From Chloroflexota bacterium (lineage in GTDB: Bacteria > Chloroflexota > Chloroflexia > QHBQ01 > JADMIH01): a DNA stretch of 57,198 nucleotides. The DNA is taken from the NCBI GenBank assembly GCA_027317125.1, contig DAHVFG010000003.1, positions 1 through 57,198 of the forward strand, in the 5' to 3' direction. Below the pieces are notes generated by a model. The model searched no databases. It saw only the letters and a list, made by a program, of their open reading frames with translations, and was not told the origin of the DNA. Positions 18,481 to 28,239 of the stretch are shown piece by piece (the first letter of the stretch is position 1; each line of letters begins with the position of its first letter). A program made the translations under genes and the position numbers.

Positions 18481-18509
18481 ATTATACCAGCCGGGTGCCT
18501 GGCTGTCAA
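18481..18509 (-). promoter_or_regulatory. Sigma70-type promoter for the tRNA-CAT
   Basis: TTGACA-17nt-TATAAT on the minus strand (perfect consensus). Confidence 0.85.
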
Positions 18510-18523
18510 ACGAGCACGTGTGG

Positions 18524-18623
18524 GTAACTGTTCAGAGTTGAGGTGGAGCAATTTCCTTGGGGTATCTGTGAGGGTGTACAGTTACCCCCAGAAGCTTGCT
18601 CCACCCTTACTCTGAACGCTCAC
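18524..18623. mobile_element. MITE-like element, copy A (100 bp)
   Basis: Terminal IR gtaactgttcagagttgaggtggagcaa ... ttgctccacccttactctgaacgctcac; no coding capacity; related copies at 26829 and 30089. Confidence 0.65.
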
Positions 18624-18637
18624 CCACTCTCGCCTGG

Positions 18638-18666
18638 TTGACGTATTCGTTACAGAAAGGTAACAT
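18638..18666 (+). promoter_or_regulatory. Putative sigma70 promoter for the hemolysin-rluB-cmk operon
   Basis: TTGACG-17nt-TAACAT. Confidence 0.55.
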
Positions 18667-18705
18667 TGGGTGAGTTAGGGGCGGTTCTGCCTGGCGGTCT
18701 GGAAA

Positions 18706-20145
18706 GTGCTTATTGAGAAGCCTCTGCCCTCAACGACTCAGGCGCTATGGCGCGCCGGCGCAACTTTTAACCAATCCAAATCTATGTTACTTGGCTTAGC
18801 TTCAATACTTCTACTCATTTTCGCTGCTTCCTTTTTTGTTGCCAGTGAGTACTCTATTGTCAGCGTACGCAAAACTCGTATCGAGCAGCTTATAAGCGAA
18901 GGCAGTTCGGTTGCTCAGAGTGTGAAGCATGCAATCGAACACCTCGACCGCTATATTGCAGCTGTCCAGATTGGGATTACCCTTGTTACGCTGGCTCTTG
19001 GCGCTGTGGGCGAGCCTGTGCTGTCGGAAATATTTATCACGCCTCTCGGCCTGGCGATCTCTCCCTTTACCGCCTTCGTCTCTGCGGCAAGCGTCTCTTA
19101 TGCCCTTTCTTTTCTGATAGTCACCGTGCTTGAGATCGTCCTGGGGGAAATCGTGCCCAAGATTATAGCTCGGCAGCGTGCGGAAGCTACAGTAATGCTC
19201 CTCATCAGGCCGCTAAACATCTTTGTTTTTATCTTTGGCCCTTTGATCTGGCTGGTGAGCCTGCTGAGCAATGCGGTGTTGCGCCTTGTTGGTGTATCGT
19301 CCGGCTCTGAACACCAGAATATCTATTCGGTGGAGGAGCTTGAGATGCTGGTGGTCTCAAGCCGGAAAGCGGGCGTGCTGGACAGAGAGGAAGAGGTTAT
19401 ATTGCGCAGGGTCTTCGACTTTGGCGACCTCACCGCCCGCCAGGTCATGCACCCACGCACCGAAGTAACCGGTGTCCCCATAGATGCCAGCTTCGACGAG
19501 GTAATAACCGTTATGTCAGAGTACAAGCATAGCCGCTTCCCAGTCTACGAAGGCGATCTAGATAGTATATTGGGAGTACTTTACATAAAAGACGTGTTCG
19601 CTCTCCTTGCGGAGCGAGAGAGGCAGTTCGCGGGTGGGCAAGGCAGCGGCACTGTACAGTTCAACGTTCAGTCGCTTATGCGCCCTATACAGTCGGTACC
19701 TGAAACTCTGGACGTTGATGAGTTGTTGATGCGGATGCGCCAGGGGGGGATGCACATGGCTGTTGTGGTGGATGAATATGGCGGCACGGCTGGCGTCGTA
19801 ACCCTAGAGGATATAATAGAAGAGATCGTTGGCGAAGTTCGCGATGAGTTCGAGCCTGGCGAGGAGAATCCTGATATTATCTATACCCCAGAGGGCACGA
19901 TCGTGGACGGTCTTTTACCGATTGACGATGTTAACGAAGTCCTGGGCCTTTCTATCGAGAGTGAAGCTGACACCATAGGCGGGTATGTCTTTGAGAAAGT
20001 GGGCCGCAAGCCTGAGCTGCATGACGAAGTAACCGCCGGCGGCTACACTCTACGCGTGGAAGCCCTCGACGGCCTGCGTATATCAAAGGTAAAGCTCCTA
20101 CCACATAACAGCAATAACCCAGAGGTGGCGAACGAGGGAGAATGA
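18706..20145 (+). CDS. Hemolysin-family / CNNM-CBS-CorC (HlyC) membrane protein
   Basis: FFVASEYS, QIGITL, GEIVPK, CBS pair (HSRFPVY, VVVDEYGGTAGVVTLEDIIEEIVG), CorC domain; start may be ATG 18784. Confidence 0.92.
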   Translation: MLIEKPLPSTTQALWRAGATFNQSKSMLLGLASILLLIFAASFFVASEYSIVSVRKTRIEQLISEGSSVAQSVKHAIEHLDRYIAAVQIGITLVTLALGAVGEPVLSEIFITPLGLAISPFTAFVSAASVSYALSFLIVTVLEIVLGEIVPKIIARQRAEATVMLLIRPLNIFVFIFGPLIWLVSLLSNAVLRLVGVSSGSEHQNIYSVEELEMLVVSSRKAGVLDREEEVILRRVFDFGDLTARQVMHPRTEVTGVPIDASFDEVITVMSEYKHSRFPVYEGDLDSILGVLYIKDVFALLAERERQFAGGQGSGTVQFNVQSLMRPIQSVPETLDVDELLMRMRQGGMHMAVVVDEYGGTAGVVTLEDIIEEIVGEVRDEFEPGEENPDIIYTPEGTIVDGLLPIDDVNEVLGLSIESEADTIGGYVFEKVGRKPELHDEVTAGGYTLRVEALDGLRISKVKLLPHNSNNPEVANEGE

Positions 20146-21173
20146 AGAGCTCACCGAAAAGAGGAGGGCGAGCCGGGCAAGCCGCGACATCCGAGCGCTT
20201 GCAGAAGATAATCGCCCAGGCGGGAATAGCCTCTCGACGCGCCGCCGAGGAGATGATAGCCACAGGACGCGTGAGGGTGAATGGCAAAGTCGTAACCGAG
20301 ATGGGCGTGCAGGCCAACACATCTGAGGACAAGATCGAGGTGGATGGCCGTCCTCTGCCGGCGCCGAAGTCGGGCGATGTCGCCCGAGAGCATGTCTACA
20401 TCGCGCTGAATAAGCCGGGGAGTGTGGTGTCTACCGCCAGGGACACGCACGGCAGGCGTACGGTAATTGACCTCGTGCAAGGTACAGATGTGGCTGAAGA
20501 AGCCTCACCGGATGGCAAAGCCTCCACCGCGAAAGTTATGGCGCGTGTTTACCCTGTAGGGCGGCTGGACTTCGATAGCACGGGGCTGCTGCTCCTTACC
20601 AACGATGGGGAGTTGACTTTCCGCCTCACGCACCCGCGCTACGGCATAGAAAAGGAGTACCGCGTTCTGGTGAGGGGGAGGCCGGGCGAGCTCGCCCAAC
20701 GTGCGATGCGCGAAGGAATCGAGATCGAAGGGGAGCGGACTGCTCCTGCCAGGGTAGAAGAAGTTGGCAAGAAGGGGAGCGATACGTGGCTGCGTATCAC
20801 TATCCACGAGGGCCGTAAGCGGCAGGTTCGCCTCATGACATCAGCGGTGGGACACCCCGTGATCGAGTTGCAGCGCGTGCGTTTTGGACCGATAACGCTG
20901 GGCAGCTTGGAGACGGGCAAATGGCGCGTGCTGGCTGTACATGAGGTTCACGCTTTACGTAAAGCAGTGGGCCTGCCGTTAGAGCGCCCCAGGCGAGAGC
21001 CTGCTGAAAGGCGCGTTGCCGGGGTTACGGGCAAACCTGGCGCTCCCAAAGCGGGCCAGCCGCCGACTTCTCGACGGGAAGTGAAACCTGATAGGAGAAG
21101 CGGAGAGCAGCCATCAACGAAGAGAGAAAAACAAAGGAGCGAGCATGGCGGCAGAAGAGGGTCGCACAGGTGA
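20142..21173 (+). CDS. rluB: rRNA pseudouridine synthase, RsuA/RluB family
   Basis: S4 domain RLQK..A.AG.ASRR, LNKP, catalytic GRLD, EGRKRQVR; symbol assigned by family only. Confidence 0.88.
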   Translation: MKSSPKRGGRAGQAATSERLQKIIAQAGIASRRAAEEMIATGRVRVNGKVVTEMGVQANTSEDKIEVDGRPLPAPKSGDVAREHVYIALNKPGSVVSTARDTHGRRTVIDLVQGTDVAEEASPDGKASTAKVMARVYPVGRLDFDSTGLLLLTNDGELTFRLTHPRYGIEKEYRVLVRGRPGELAQRAMREGIEIEGERTAPARVEEVGKKGSDTWLRITIHEGRKRQVRLMTSAVGHPVIELQRVRFGPITLGSLETGKWRVLAVHEVHALRKAVGLPLERPRREPAERRVAGVTGKPGAPKAGQPPTSRREVKPDRRSGEQPSTKREKQRSEHGGRRGSHR

Positions 21174-21906
21174 GGCGGCAAGCAGTAGCGATGCAGGAAG
21201 CTCTCAGTCGCAACCGCCCACGGGAGCGCACAATCTGCCCCAGACGATAGCTATCGACGGCCCAGCGGGCGCCGGTAAAAGCACTATAGGCAGGCTGCTG
21301 GCCGAACGGCTGCACTATCTTTTTCTTGATACCGGGGCTATGTATCGTGCGGTTGCCCTGGCTGCTCTCAGGCTCGGTATCTCGACAACTAACGGCCCTC
21401 TGCTGGCCGCTCTTGCCGAAGAGTTGCCTGTTCACATTGAGCGCCCCGCTCCGGGAAAAAGGGATGGCAGATCATACACAGTTATGATAGGTGATGAGGA
21501 CGTAACATGGGAGATCAGGAAGCCGGAGGTAGAATCTGTCGTGTCGGGGATCGCGGCCTGGCCTGATGTACGCGCCGCTCTAGTACGTATGCAACGCCGC
21601 ATCGCAAGTCGTGGTCCTGTAGTAATGGTGGGGCGCGACATTACTACGGTGGTCCTGCCCGATGCTGACCTTAAGATTTACCTTGACGCTTCGCTCGCAG
21701 AGCGGGCGCGCCGCCGCTTTGACGAGCTGAAAGCGCTCGGACACGCGGTTGACTACAATCAGGTTCAATCTGAGATAGCACACCGCGACGACCTGGATAT
21801 GAACCGTGACGCCGGGGCGTTGCGCCTCGCCCCCGACGCGGTGCGGGTCAACACTGATGGCCTGGAAATCAACGAGTCCCTGAAGAAGATCATGGAACTA
21901 CTATAG
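21145..21906 (+). CDS. cmk: Cytidylate kinase
   Basis: IAIDGPAGAGKST, LDTGAMYR, GRDI.TVVLPDA, RD..D. Confidence 0.96.
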   Translation: MAAEEGRTGEAASSSDAGSSQSQPPTGAHNLPQTIAIDGPAGAGKSTIGRLLAERLHYLFLDTGAMYRAVALAALRLGISTTNGPLLAALAEELPVHIERPAPGKRDGRSYTVMIGDEDVTWEIRKPEVESVVSGIAAWPDVRAALVRMQRRIASRGPVVMVGRDITTVVLPDADLKIYLDASLAERARRRFDELKALGHAVDYNQVQSEIAHRDDLDMNRDAGALRLAPDAVRVNTDGLEINESLKKIMELL

Positions 21907-21955
21907 ACTGGGGATGGAGATTAGTAGCCGTCCCCTGTTCCCTGGCATTTGAGTT

Positions 21956-23122
21956 ATGTCTTTTCAGCTTGCGATTACATTGCTGGGCGCTTTATTGATT
22001 GCCCTTACTTTCTTTGACGTCTTCTTGACTGTCTTGCACCCGCAGGCCGAAAGTCCGTTTAGCAGCCGCTTGCAAACTGCATTGTGGCGACTCATGCGGC
22101 TGGTGGCGACGCCGATGCACGGGCGAGCGCGGCATCGCTTTCTGGGGCTGGCTGTGCCGACGATGATTGTGGCTCTGGTGGCTGCCTGGGTGGGCCTGCT
22201 GGTGGTTTCCTTCGGGTTGATCTACTCCGCCTGGATAGGAGTGCCAGGGGTCTTTCGTCTGCCAGTGGGCGTTACCAATCCCAGTTGGGGAGATGCCTTC
22301 TACTTCAGTGGTGAGACGCTCGGCACTGTGGGCTATGGCGACTTCCAACCTGTTCAGCCTTTGCTGCGCTTCGTCTCGACTGTTGAGGGCTTTAGCGGCA
22401 TAGCCGTCATCTCTATGAGCATTGCTTATGTGCTGGAGCTTTACCCTGTGCTCCAGCGCAATGGGGTGCTCGCTGTGCTGCTGAACGAAGAGACGGCGGG
22501 GCAGGTGAGCGGGCTGCCTCTCTTAGCGCGCTATTTGCGTAAAGGCAACTTTGGCGCCCTTGCCGGCCTTGTACAGAATATAAATATTGACTTGCTTTCG
22601 CTTGCCGAGGCGCACCGCCGCCTCCCCGTGCTCCACTATGGGCACCCTGCGCAGGTTGAGCGTTCGTTTCTGCGTGTGCTATTGGTTGTGCAGAACCTTG
22701 TCGGCACGCTGCGCTATGGAATGGCGGGAGGTGAGGGTAAGGAGTGGAGCGAGGACCCACGCGTGCGTGCGCTTGAGGACAGCCTCTTTTTCCTCTTATA
22801 TACTCTAGGCTCGTCCCTCCATCTGCCTCTGGCAAGTGGCTCGGGGGGCGAACCACCCACGGCGGAAATAGACGAAGCTTTCAGCAGCCTCTGTGATAGC
22901 CTCAAGCGTCTGCGCCTGCCCACTCCGAGCGATACCGCGCCCGCAACCGGCTCCCTCTCGGAATATGATATTGCCCGGCAGGGCTTTGTGCGCTTCCACA
23001 TCTCAATCAATACCACCCTTCTCAGCTATCTACGCAACAGTGGTTACACGTACGCTGAGGCCACCGCAAACGCCGCCCGGCCTCAGAGGTTAGTAGATGA
23101 GCTTGAGCACAACGAGCGGTGA
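21956..23122 (+). CDS. Two-TM potassium channel family protein (Ion_trans_2) with long cytoplasmic tail
   Basis: Pore helix FYFSGETLGTVGYGDF with the TVGYG selectivity filter. Confidence 0.85.
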   Translation: MSFQLAITLLGALLIALTFFDVFLTVLHPQAESPFSSRLQTALWRLMRLVATPMHGRARHRFLGLAVPTMIVALVAAWVGLLVVSFGLIYSAWIGVPGVFRLPVGVTNPSWGDAFYFSGETLGTVGYGDFQPVQPLLRFVSTVEGFSGIAVISMSIAYVLELYPVLQRNGVLAVLLNEETAGQVSGLPLLARYLRKGNFGALAGLVQNINIDLLSLAEAHRRLPVLHYGHPAQVERSFLRVLLVVQNLVGTLRYGMAGGEGKEWSEDPRVRALEDSLFFLLYTLGSSLHLPLASGSGGEPPTAEIDEAFSSLCDSLKRLRLPTPSDTAPATGSLSEYDIARQGFVRFHISINTTLLSYLRNSGYTYAEATANAARPQRLVDELEHNER

Positions 23123-23260
23123 GAGCCGAGCACTGAGCAACTCGCCTCAGCCCTTCCCAAAGGTTTAGCTTTGCGGTACAATAACCATAGCGTAATGTTA
23201 CACAAAAGCTCTGCCTCTTGGCGACAGAGTAGTCGCGAATAATCGAAGGAGGTATCACTG

Positions 23261-23959
23261 TTGGCAACCGTAACGGCTCCCACGCCCGAACCGGCCCCCA
23301 CCGTAGCGCCTGCCGCACGGCCAGGCTGGGTTCAGCGCAACCACTTCTGGCTGAGACGTCTCCACTCACTCACAGGCATTGTGCCCATAGGCGGCTTCCT
23401 CCTCTTCCACTTCTATGAGAACGGCGCAATACTTTACGGGCAGCAAGCCTACGATGAAATGGCGCAGGGCGCACGCGGAGTGCGCTATCTGCAAGCAATC
23501 GAAGTCCTGCTCATATTCCTTCCCCTCCTCTACCACGCCCTCTACGGCCTTTTCATCGCTGCATATGCGCGCAATAACACCATGTCGTACAACTACGGAC
23601 GCAACAACCTCTTCATGTGGCAGCGGGCAACAGGGGTGATCGCACTGCTCTTCATACTCTATCACGTGTGGCAATTCCGCTTCACCTCCTTCTGGACCAC
23701 CTCCCCCACCACAGGCGCAGTAGCGGCCACCATCTCTTATGCGCCGATCTTCCTATTCTACATAATCGGGGTAGTGGGCGTCTCTTTCCACTTTGGCAAT
23801 GGACTTTGGACCTTCCTGATCACCTGGGGGATCACCGTCGGGCAGCGCTCACAACGCATATCACAAGTCATCACCACCGCAATCTCCATAATAGTAAGCC
23901 TGGTAGGCATCGGCATAGCTGTAGCCTTTGTCGTGCAGGCAGGCGGGTTGACCTTCTAA
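23261..23959 (+). CDS. sdhC: Succinate dehydrogenase cytochrome b558 subunit (Bacillus type)
   Basis: RRLHSLTG.VP.G.FL..H, WQR.TG, FHFGNGLWTF.ITWG; RBS AAGGAGG before TTG. Confidence 0.93.
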   Translation: MATVTAPTPEPAPTVAPAARPGWVQRNHFWLRRLHSLTGIVPIGGFLLFHFYENGAILYGQQAYDEMAQGARGVRYLQAIEVLLIFLPLLYHALYGLFIAAYARNNTMSYNYGRNNLFMWQRATGVIALLFILYHVWQFRFTSFWTTSPTTGAVAATISYAPIFLFYIIGVVGVSFHFGNGLWTFLITWGITVGQRSQRISQVITTAISIIVSLVGIGIAVAFVVQAGGLTF

Positions 23960-23960
23960 C

Positions 23961-24021
23961 GAACTATGGATTATGAATTAGTAATTGGATTACCGCTGTA
24001 ATTCATAATTGCTAATTCATC
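23961..24021. repeat. AT-rich heptamer inverted-repeat element between sdhC and sdhA
   Basis: ggattatgaattagtaatt ... taattcataattgctaattcat. Confidence 0.7.
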
Positions 24022-24036
24022 GAAGAGGAGCAGACA

Positions 24037-25938
24037 ATGGCAGGGCCTAAAGTAATCGTTGTAGGCGGTGGGCTGGCGGGACTCTCGGCCACAATCAAGA
24101 TAACCGAGCTGGGCCTTGACGTTGACCTCTTTTCGATCGTGCCGGTGCGCCGCTCGCACTCGGTCTGCGCCCAGGGAGGGATCAACGCCGCCGTCAACAC
24201 CAAAGGCGAGGGCGACTCGGCTTTTGAGCACTTCGACGACACCATATACGGCGGCGACTTCCTTGCCAACCAGACCCCCGTAAAGGATATGTGCGAGAAG
24301 GGACCGGGCATCGTCTTTCTCCTCGACCGCATGGGCGTGATGTTCAATCGCACACCGGAAGGCAACCTCGATTTCCGGCGCTTCGGCGGCACCCGCCACC
24401 ATCGCACCGCTTACGCAGGCGCAACCACAGGCCAGCAGCTGCTTTACGCTCTCGACGAGCAGGTGCGCCGCCAGGAAGTGGAGGGCAAAGTCTTTAAGTA
24501 TGAGAACTGGGAGTTTCTGTCGGCGGTAATAGACGATGATGGCGTTTGCCGGGGCATTGTAGCGCAGGACATGCGGAATATGGAGATAAAGGCGTTCCGC
24601 GCCGATGCGGTAGTTCTGGCAACGGGTGGCTGCGGCCTTATCTTTGGCCGCTCTACCAACTCGATGATCAACACCGGTACTGCCGCATCCGCTGTTTACC
24701 AGCAGGGCGCACATTACGCGAACGGCGAGTTTATCCAGGTTCACCCCACCGCTATACCAGGCGAAGATAAGCTGCGGCTGATGTCAGAATCCATCAGGGG
24801 CGAGGGGGGGCGCGTCTGGACCTACAAGGATGGGCAGCCCTGGTACTTCCTCGAAGAGATGTACCCCGCTTACGGTAATCTGGTGCCACGCGACATCGCC
24901 ACGCGGGCCATATTCGACGTTTGCGTGCGCCAGAAGCTGGGCGTTGATGGGCAGAACCAGGTCTTCCTCGATATTTCGCACCTCGACCCTCACATGCTCG
25001 AAGTCAAGCTGGGGGGCGTGATAGATATCTATCGCAAGTTCGTCGGTGATGACCCGGTAAAAGTGCCGATGCGCATTTTCCCCGCTGTGCATTACAGCAT
25101 GGGCGGTCTGTGGACGGATTTCGACGAAATGACCAGCGTGCCCGGCCTATTCGCATCGGGAGAGGTGGACTACCAGTATCATGGGGCAAACCGCCTCGGG
25201 GCTAACTCGCTCCTCTCATGCATACATGGCGGCCTCTACCTGGCAGGCCCCGCCGCCGTGAACTTCGCCAGGGGCAACGCCAAGGCCGCGCAAGGAGTGA
25301 GTGAAGACGTTTTCCGCCGCGAAGTAGCCCGCCAACGCGACATCTACAACCGCACCTTGCACGCTCACGGCAGCGAGAACCCGTATTCGTTGTGGCTTGA
25401 GATGGGCAACATCATGACCGATAACGTTACTGTGGTGCGCTACAACGACAAACTCAAGGAAACGGACCTCAAGTTGCAAGAGTTGATGCAGCGATACAAC
25501 AACGTTGGTGTGCCCGACCAATCCGGTTGGTCGAATCAGGCGCTCTTCTTCACGCGACAATTATGGAACATGCTGGTGCTGGCACGCGTAATCACTATCG
25601 GCGCGCTACTGCGCGATGAGAGCCGGGGCGCACACTACAAGCCCGACTTTCCTGAGCGCGACGACGAGCGATTCCTCAAGACTACCAAAGCCCGGTTCGC
25701 AGGCCCCACAGCCGCACCGGAGTTCAGCTACGAAGATGTTGATATACAATATCTCAAGCCGCGCCCCCGCCGCTACGACGTGGATAAGAGCGTGACCGAA
25801 ACGGTGCAGGAAGCAACGCAGGCTTCTCCTATTGGGGCTGCCTCCAACGGTGCGGCCGGCAACGGCGCAGGTGGCGCGACGCAAGTTGGAGCCACGCCAG
25901 GTGGCGCGACTGTCACCTCAGCGCCCGCGAAGAAATAA
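24037..25938 (+). CDS. sdhA: Succinate dehydrogenase flavoprotein subunit
   Basis: GGGLAG, RSHSVCAQGG (FAD-linked His), QVHPT, HYSMGG, HGANRLGANSL. Confidence 0.97.
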   Translation: MAGPKVIVVGGGLAGLSATIKITELGLDVDLFSIVPVRRSHSVCAQGGINAAVNTKGEGDSAFEHFDDTIYGGDFLANQTPVKDMCEKGPGIVFLLDRMGVMFNRTPEGNLDFRRFGGTRHHRTAYAGATTGQQLLYALDEQVRRQEVEGKVFKYENWEFLSAVIDDDGVCRGIVAQDMRNMEIKAFRADAVVLATGGCGLIFGRSTNSMINTGTAASAVYQQGAHYANGEFIQVHPTAIPGEDKLRLMSESIRGEGGRVWTYKDGQPWYFLEEMYPAYGNLVPRDIATRAIFDVCVRQKLGVDGQNQVFLDISHLDPHMLEVKLGGVIDIYRKFVGDDPVKVPMRIFPAVHYSMGGLWTDFDEMTSVPGLFASGEVDYQYHGANRLGANSLLSCIHGGLYLAGPAAVNFARGNAKAAQGVSEDVFRREVARQRDIYNRTLHAHGSENPYSLWLEMGNIMTDNVTVVRYNDKLKETDLKLQELMQRYNNVGVPDQSGWSNQALFFTRQLWNMLVLARVITIGALLRDESRGAHYKPDFPERDDERFLKTTKARFAGPTAAPEFSYEDVDIQYLKPRPRRYDVDKSVTETVQEATQASPIGAASNGAAGNGAGGATQVGATPGGATVTSAPAKK

Positions 25939-25962
25939 GCTGACATAACTACTCACTGGAAG

Positions 25963-26787
25963 GTGGAGATGCCGATGTCCCAGGTAATGCAAAGAGAAGG
26001 ATCACAAAATGGCGCGGGCGCAGGCAACGCCTCACGCGTTATCACATTCAGAATCCTGCGCCAGGACAAGCCCGAAGGCCAGCCCGACGCCAACCAGCGT
26101 TGGGAGGAGTTTGCAGTGCAATGGCGGCCAGGGATGAACATTATCTCCGGCCTGATGGCTATACAGCGCAACCCTGTCACCTCAGATGGTAAGCCGACCA
26201 ACGCGGTAGTCTGGGAGAGCAACTGCCTCGAAGAGGTGTGTGGGGCTTGCACGATGTTGATCAACGGCAAAGTGCGCCAGGCCTGCTCTGCCCTCGTAGA
26301 CAAGCTGGCGCAGCCGATCACCATCCAACCCCTTACCTCCTTTCCGGTGGTGCGTGACCTGATAGTAGATCGCTCGAGGATCTTTGCGGCCTTCAAGAAG
26401 GTACATGCCTGGATACCGATTGACGGCACGTACGACCTGGGGCCTGGCCCGCGCATGAACGAAAACGAGCGGCAAAAGTCGTACATACTCTCCACCTGCA
26501 TGGCCTGTACCGCCTGCATGGAGGCGTGCCCTAACTTCAATGAGGGCTCGCCGTTTATCGGCCCCGCAGCGATCAACCAGGCGCTTCTGCATAACAGCCA
26601 CCCAACAGGCGCGATGCACTCAGAGGAGCGGCTTGAGGCGCTACTGGGAGAGGGCGGCATCGCCTACTGCGGCAATGACCAGAACTGTGTGCGCGTCTGC
26701 CCAAAAGGTATCCCGCTAACCGAGTCTATAGCCGAAATGAACAGGCAGGTGAACCTCTACGCGTTGAAAAGCATCTTCAAGAAGTAG
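25963..26787 (+). CDS. sdhB: Succinate dehydrogenase iron-sulfur subunit
   Basis: CLEEVCGAC..C, CMACTACMEAC and CGNDQNCVRVCP clusters. Confidence 0.96.
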   Translation: MEMPMSQVMQREGSQNGAGAGNASRVITFRILRQDKPEGQPDANQRWEEFAVQWRPGMNIISGLMAIQRNPVTSDGKPTNAVVWESNCLEEVCGACTMLINGKVRQACSALVDKLAQPITIQPLTSFPVVRDLIVDRSRIFAAFKKVHAWIPIDGTYDLGPGPRMNENERQKSYILSTCMACTACMEACPNFNEGSPFIGPAAINQALLHNSHPTGAMHSEERLEALLGEGGIAYCGNDQNCVRVCPKGIPLTESIAEMNRQVNLYALKSIFKK

Positions 26788-26828
26788 GTCGTTGGTTTCA
26801 GCCTGTAGAGTGGGCGCGAACAAGGGAA

Positions 26829-27079
26829 ATAACTATTCAGAGTGGGCCATGACCCTATGGGCCACCATTACCGATGAAAATACGAGTGATTTAGCACCGC
26901 TCTATACTACTACCCTCCGCATTTTTAGAGGAGTTGAGGTGGAGCAATCTTCAAGGGGTGGCGCTCACCTACCCTCACCCCCAACGCACCCTCACCCCCA
27001 ACCCCCTCTCCCATGAAGGGAGAGGGGGTTGGGGGTGAGGGGAGGGACGCCCCTACACCCCTATTCTGAACCCTTACAG
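26829..27079. mobile_element. MITE-like element, copy B (about 251 bp) with internal GC palindrome
   Basis: ataactattcagagt ... gagttgaggtggagcaat ... ccctctcccatgaagggagaggg ... attctgaacccttac. Confidence 0.6.
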
Positions 27080-27093
27080 GGGGAAAGATGTTT

Positions 27094-27122
27094 GCACGTT
27101 TGCCGGCACTTTGATATAATAG
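27094..27122 (+). promoter_or_regulatory. Sigma70-type promoter for tRNA-Pro
   Basis: TTGCAC-17nt-TATAAT, 12 nt before the tRNA. Confidence 0.75.
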
Positions 27123-27134
27123 CAATCGTGTCGG

Positions 27135-27211
<77 letters not shown>

Positions 27212-27218
27212 ACAGACT

Positions 27219-27272
27219 AAACACAAAGATGGGGCGTTCGTTTCGGCGGGCTTCCATCTTTGTGTTTTTGTT
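27219..27272 (+). terminator. Intrinsic terminator after tRNA-Pro
   Basis: 14-bp stem aaacacaaagatgg / ccatctttgtgttt followed by a T-rich tract. Confidence 0.7.
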
Positions 27273-27419
27273 AGCCACCGAGTTGGATAGCCCGCTACGC
27301 TGTCCTACATGGCATGCGTCCACATAGTATAATTTCCTTATACGCGCCACTCGCAACATCTTATTCAGGGCAGGCGCACGTACTATATACGAAGAGACCA
27401 TGAAAGGATATAAGAGACA

Positions 27420-28184
27420 ATGTGCTATGGCAATGATGCGCGACCACCCGATGTACCTGGAGCAAGCGGTAAGGCGAATGGCAAGGATATAGAGCTGGTT
27501 TCGGCGGACGGCACTCGTTTCGCCGCCTATGCTGCCCATTCTGGAGGCCAGGAGGTGAGATCACAGGCGGTCATTTTCCCTGACGTGCGTGGGTTGCACC
27601 AGTTTTACAAGGAACTGGCAATGCGCTTTGCCGAGAAGGGCATTGATGCTGTAGCCATTGACTACTTCGGGCGTACAGCCGGCATTAGCTCGCGTGACGA
27701 CTCCTTTGATTTTATGACGCACGTGCAGCAGATGCAGTGGCCTTCCTTCCTTGCTGATGTGCGTGCCGCGCTCGACTACCTGCGCGGTATTACATCTGAC
27801 TGCTCGACCTTCGTTGTGGGCTTTTGCATGGGCGGCGGGCTTGCGCTGCATGTGGGCACAGAGAACCTCGGTGTTGCGGGTATTATCGCCTTTTATGCGG
27901 GCATGAGCCGGAAGTTCGCGGGCAGCGAGCGTACAGCACTTGAGAAGGCAGTAGAGATGCGTGTGCCTGTGCTGGGACTCTTTGGAGGTGCGGACCAGGG
28001 CATACCTGCGAGCGACGTGCACAAGCTCGATGAGGAACTGGACAGCGCGGGCGTTGAGCACAAAATTATCATCTACCCGGGTGCTCCGCACAGCTTTTTC
28101 GACCGCAAAGCAACCGATTTTGCCGCCGCCTCAAGCGACGCATGGGCGCAGGCTCTTGGCTTTATCGCAGCACACAGCGAATAG
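27420..28184 (+). CDS. Dienelactone hydrolase family protein
   Basis: Nucleophile GFCMGG, GGADQGI (Asp), YPGAPHSF (His). Confidence 0.92.
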   Translation: MCYGNDARPPDVPGASGKANGKDIELVSADGTRFAAYAAHSGGQEVRSQAVIFPDVRGLHQFYKELAMRFAEKGIDAVAIDYFGRTAGISSRDDSFDFMTHVQQMQWPSFLADVRAALDYLRGITSDCSTFVVGFCMGGGLALHVGTENLGVAGIIAFYAGMSRKFAGSERTALEKAVEMRVPVLGLFGGADQGIPASDVHKLDEELDSAGVEHKIIIYPGAPHSFFDRKATDFAAASSDAWAQALGFIAAHSE

Positions 28185-28239
28185 GAAGAGCGGGCCGGCA
28201 CACACAGCTAAGTAGCTGTGTTCAGCGGTCAGTAGAGGA

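Noticed and set aside
23188-23205. Regulator site (gtaatgttac) upstream of sdhC
   Set aside because: A short imperfect palindrome in a single copy; too weak to assign.
25800-25938. Ala/Gly-rich SdhA tail as a new domain
   Set aside because: It is a short low-complexity extension without motifs; similar tails occur on RluB and SdhB here.
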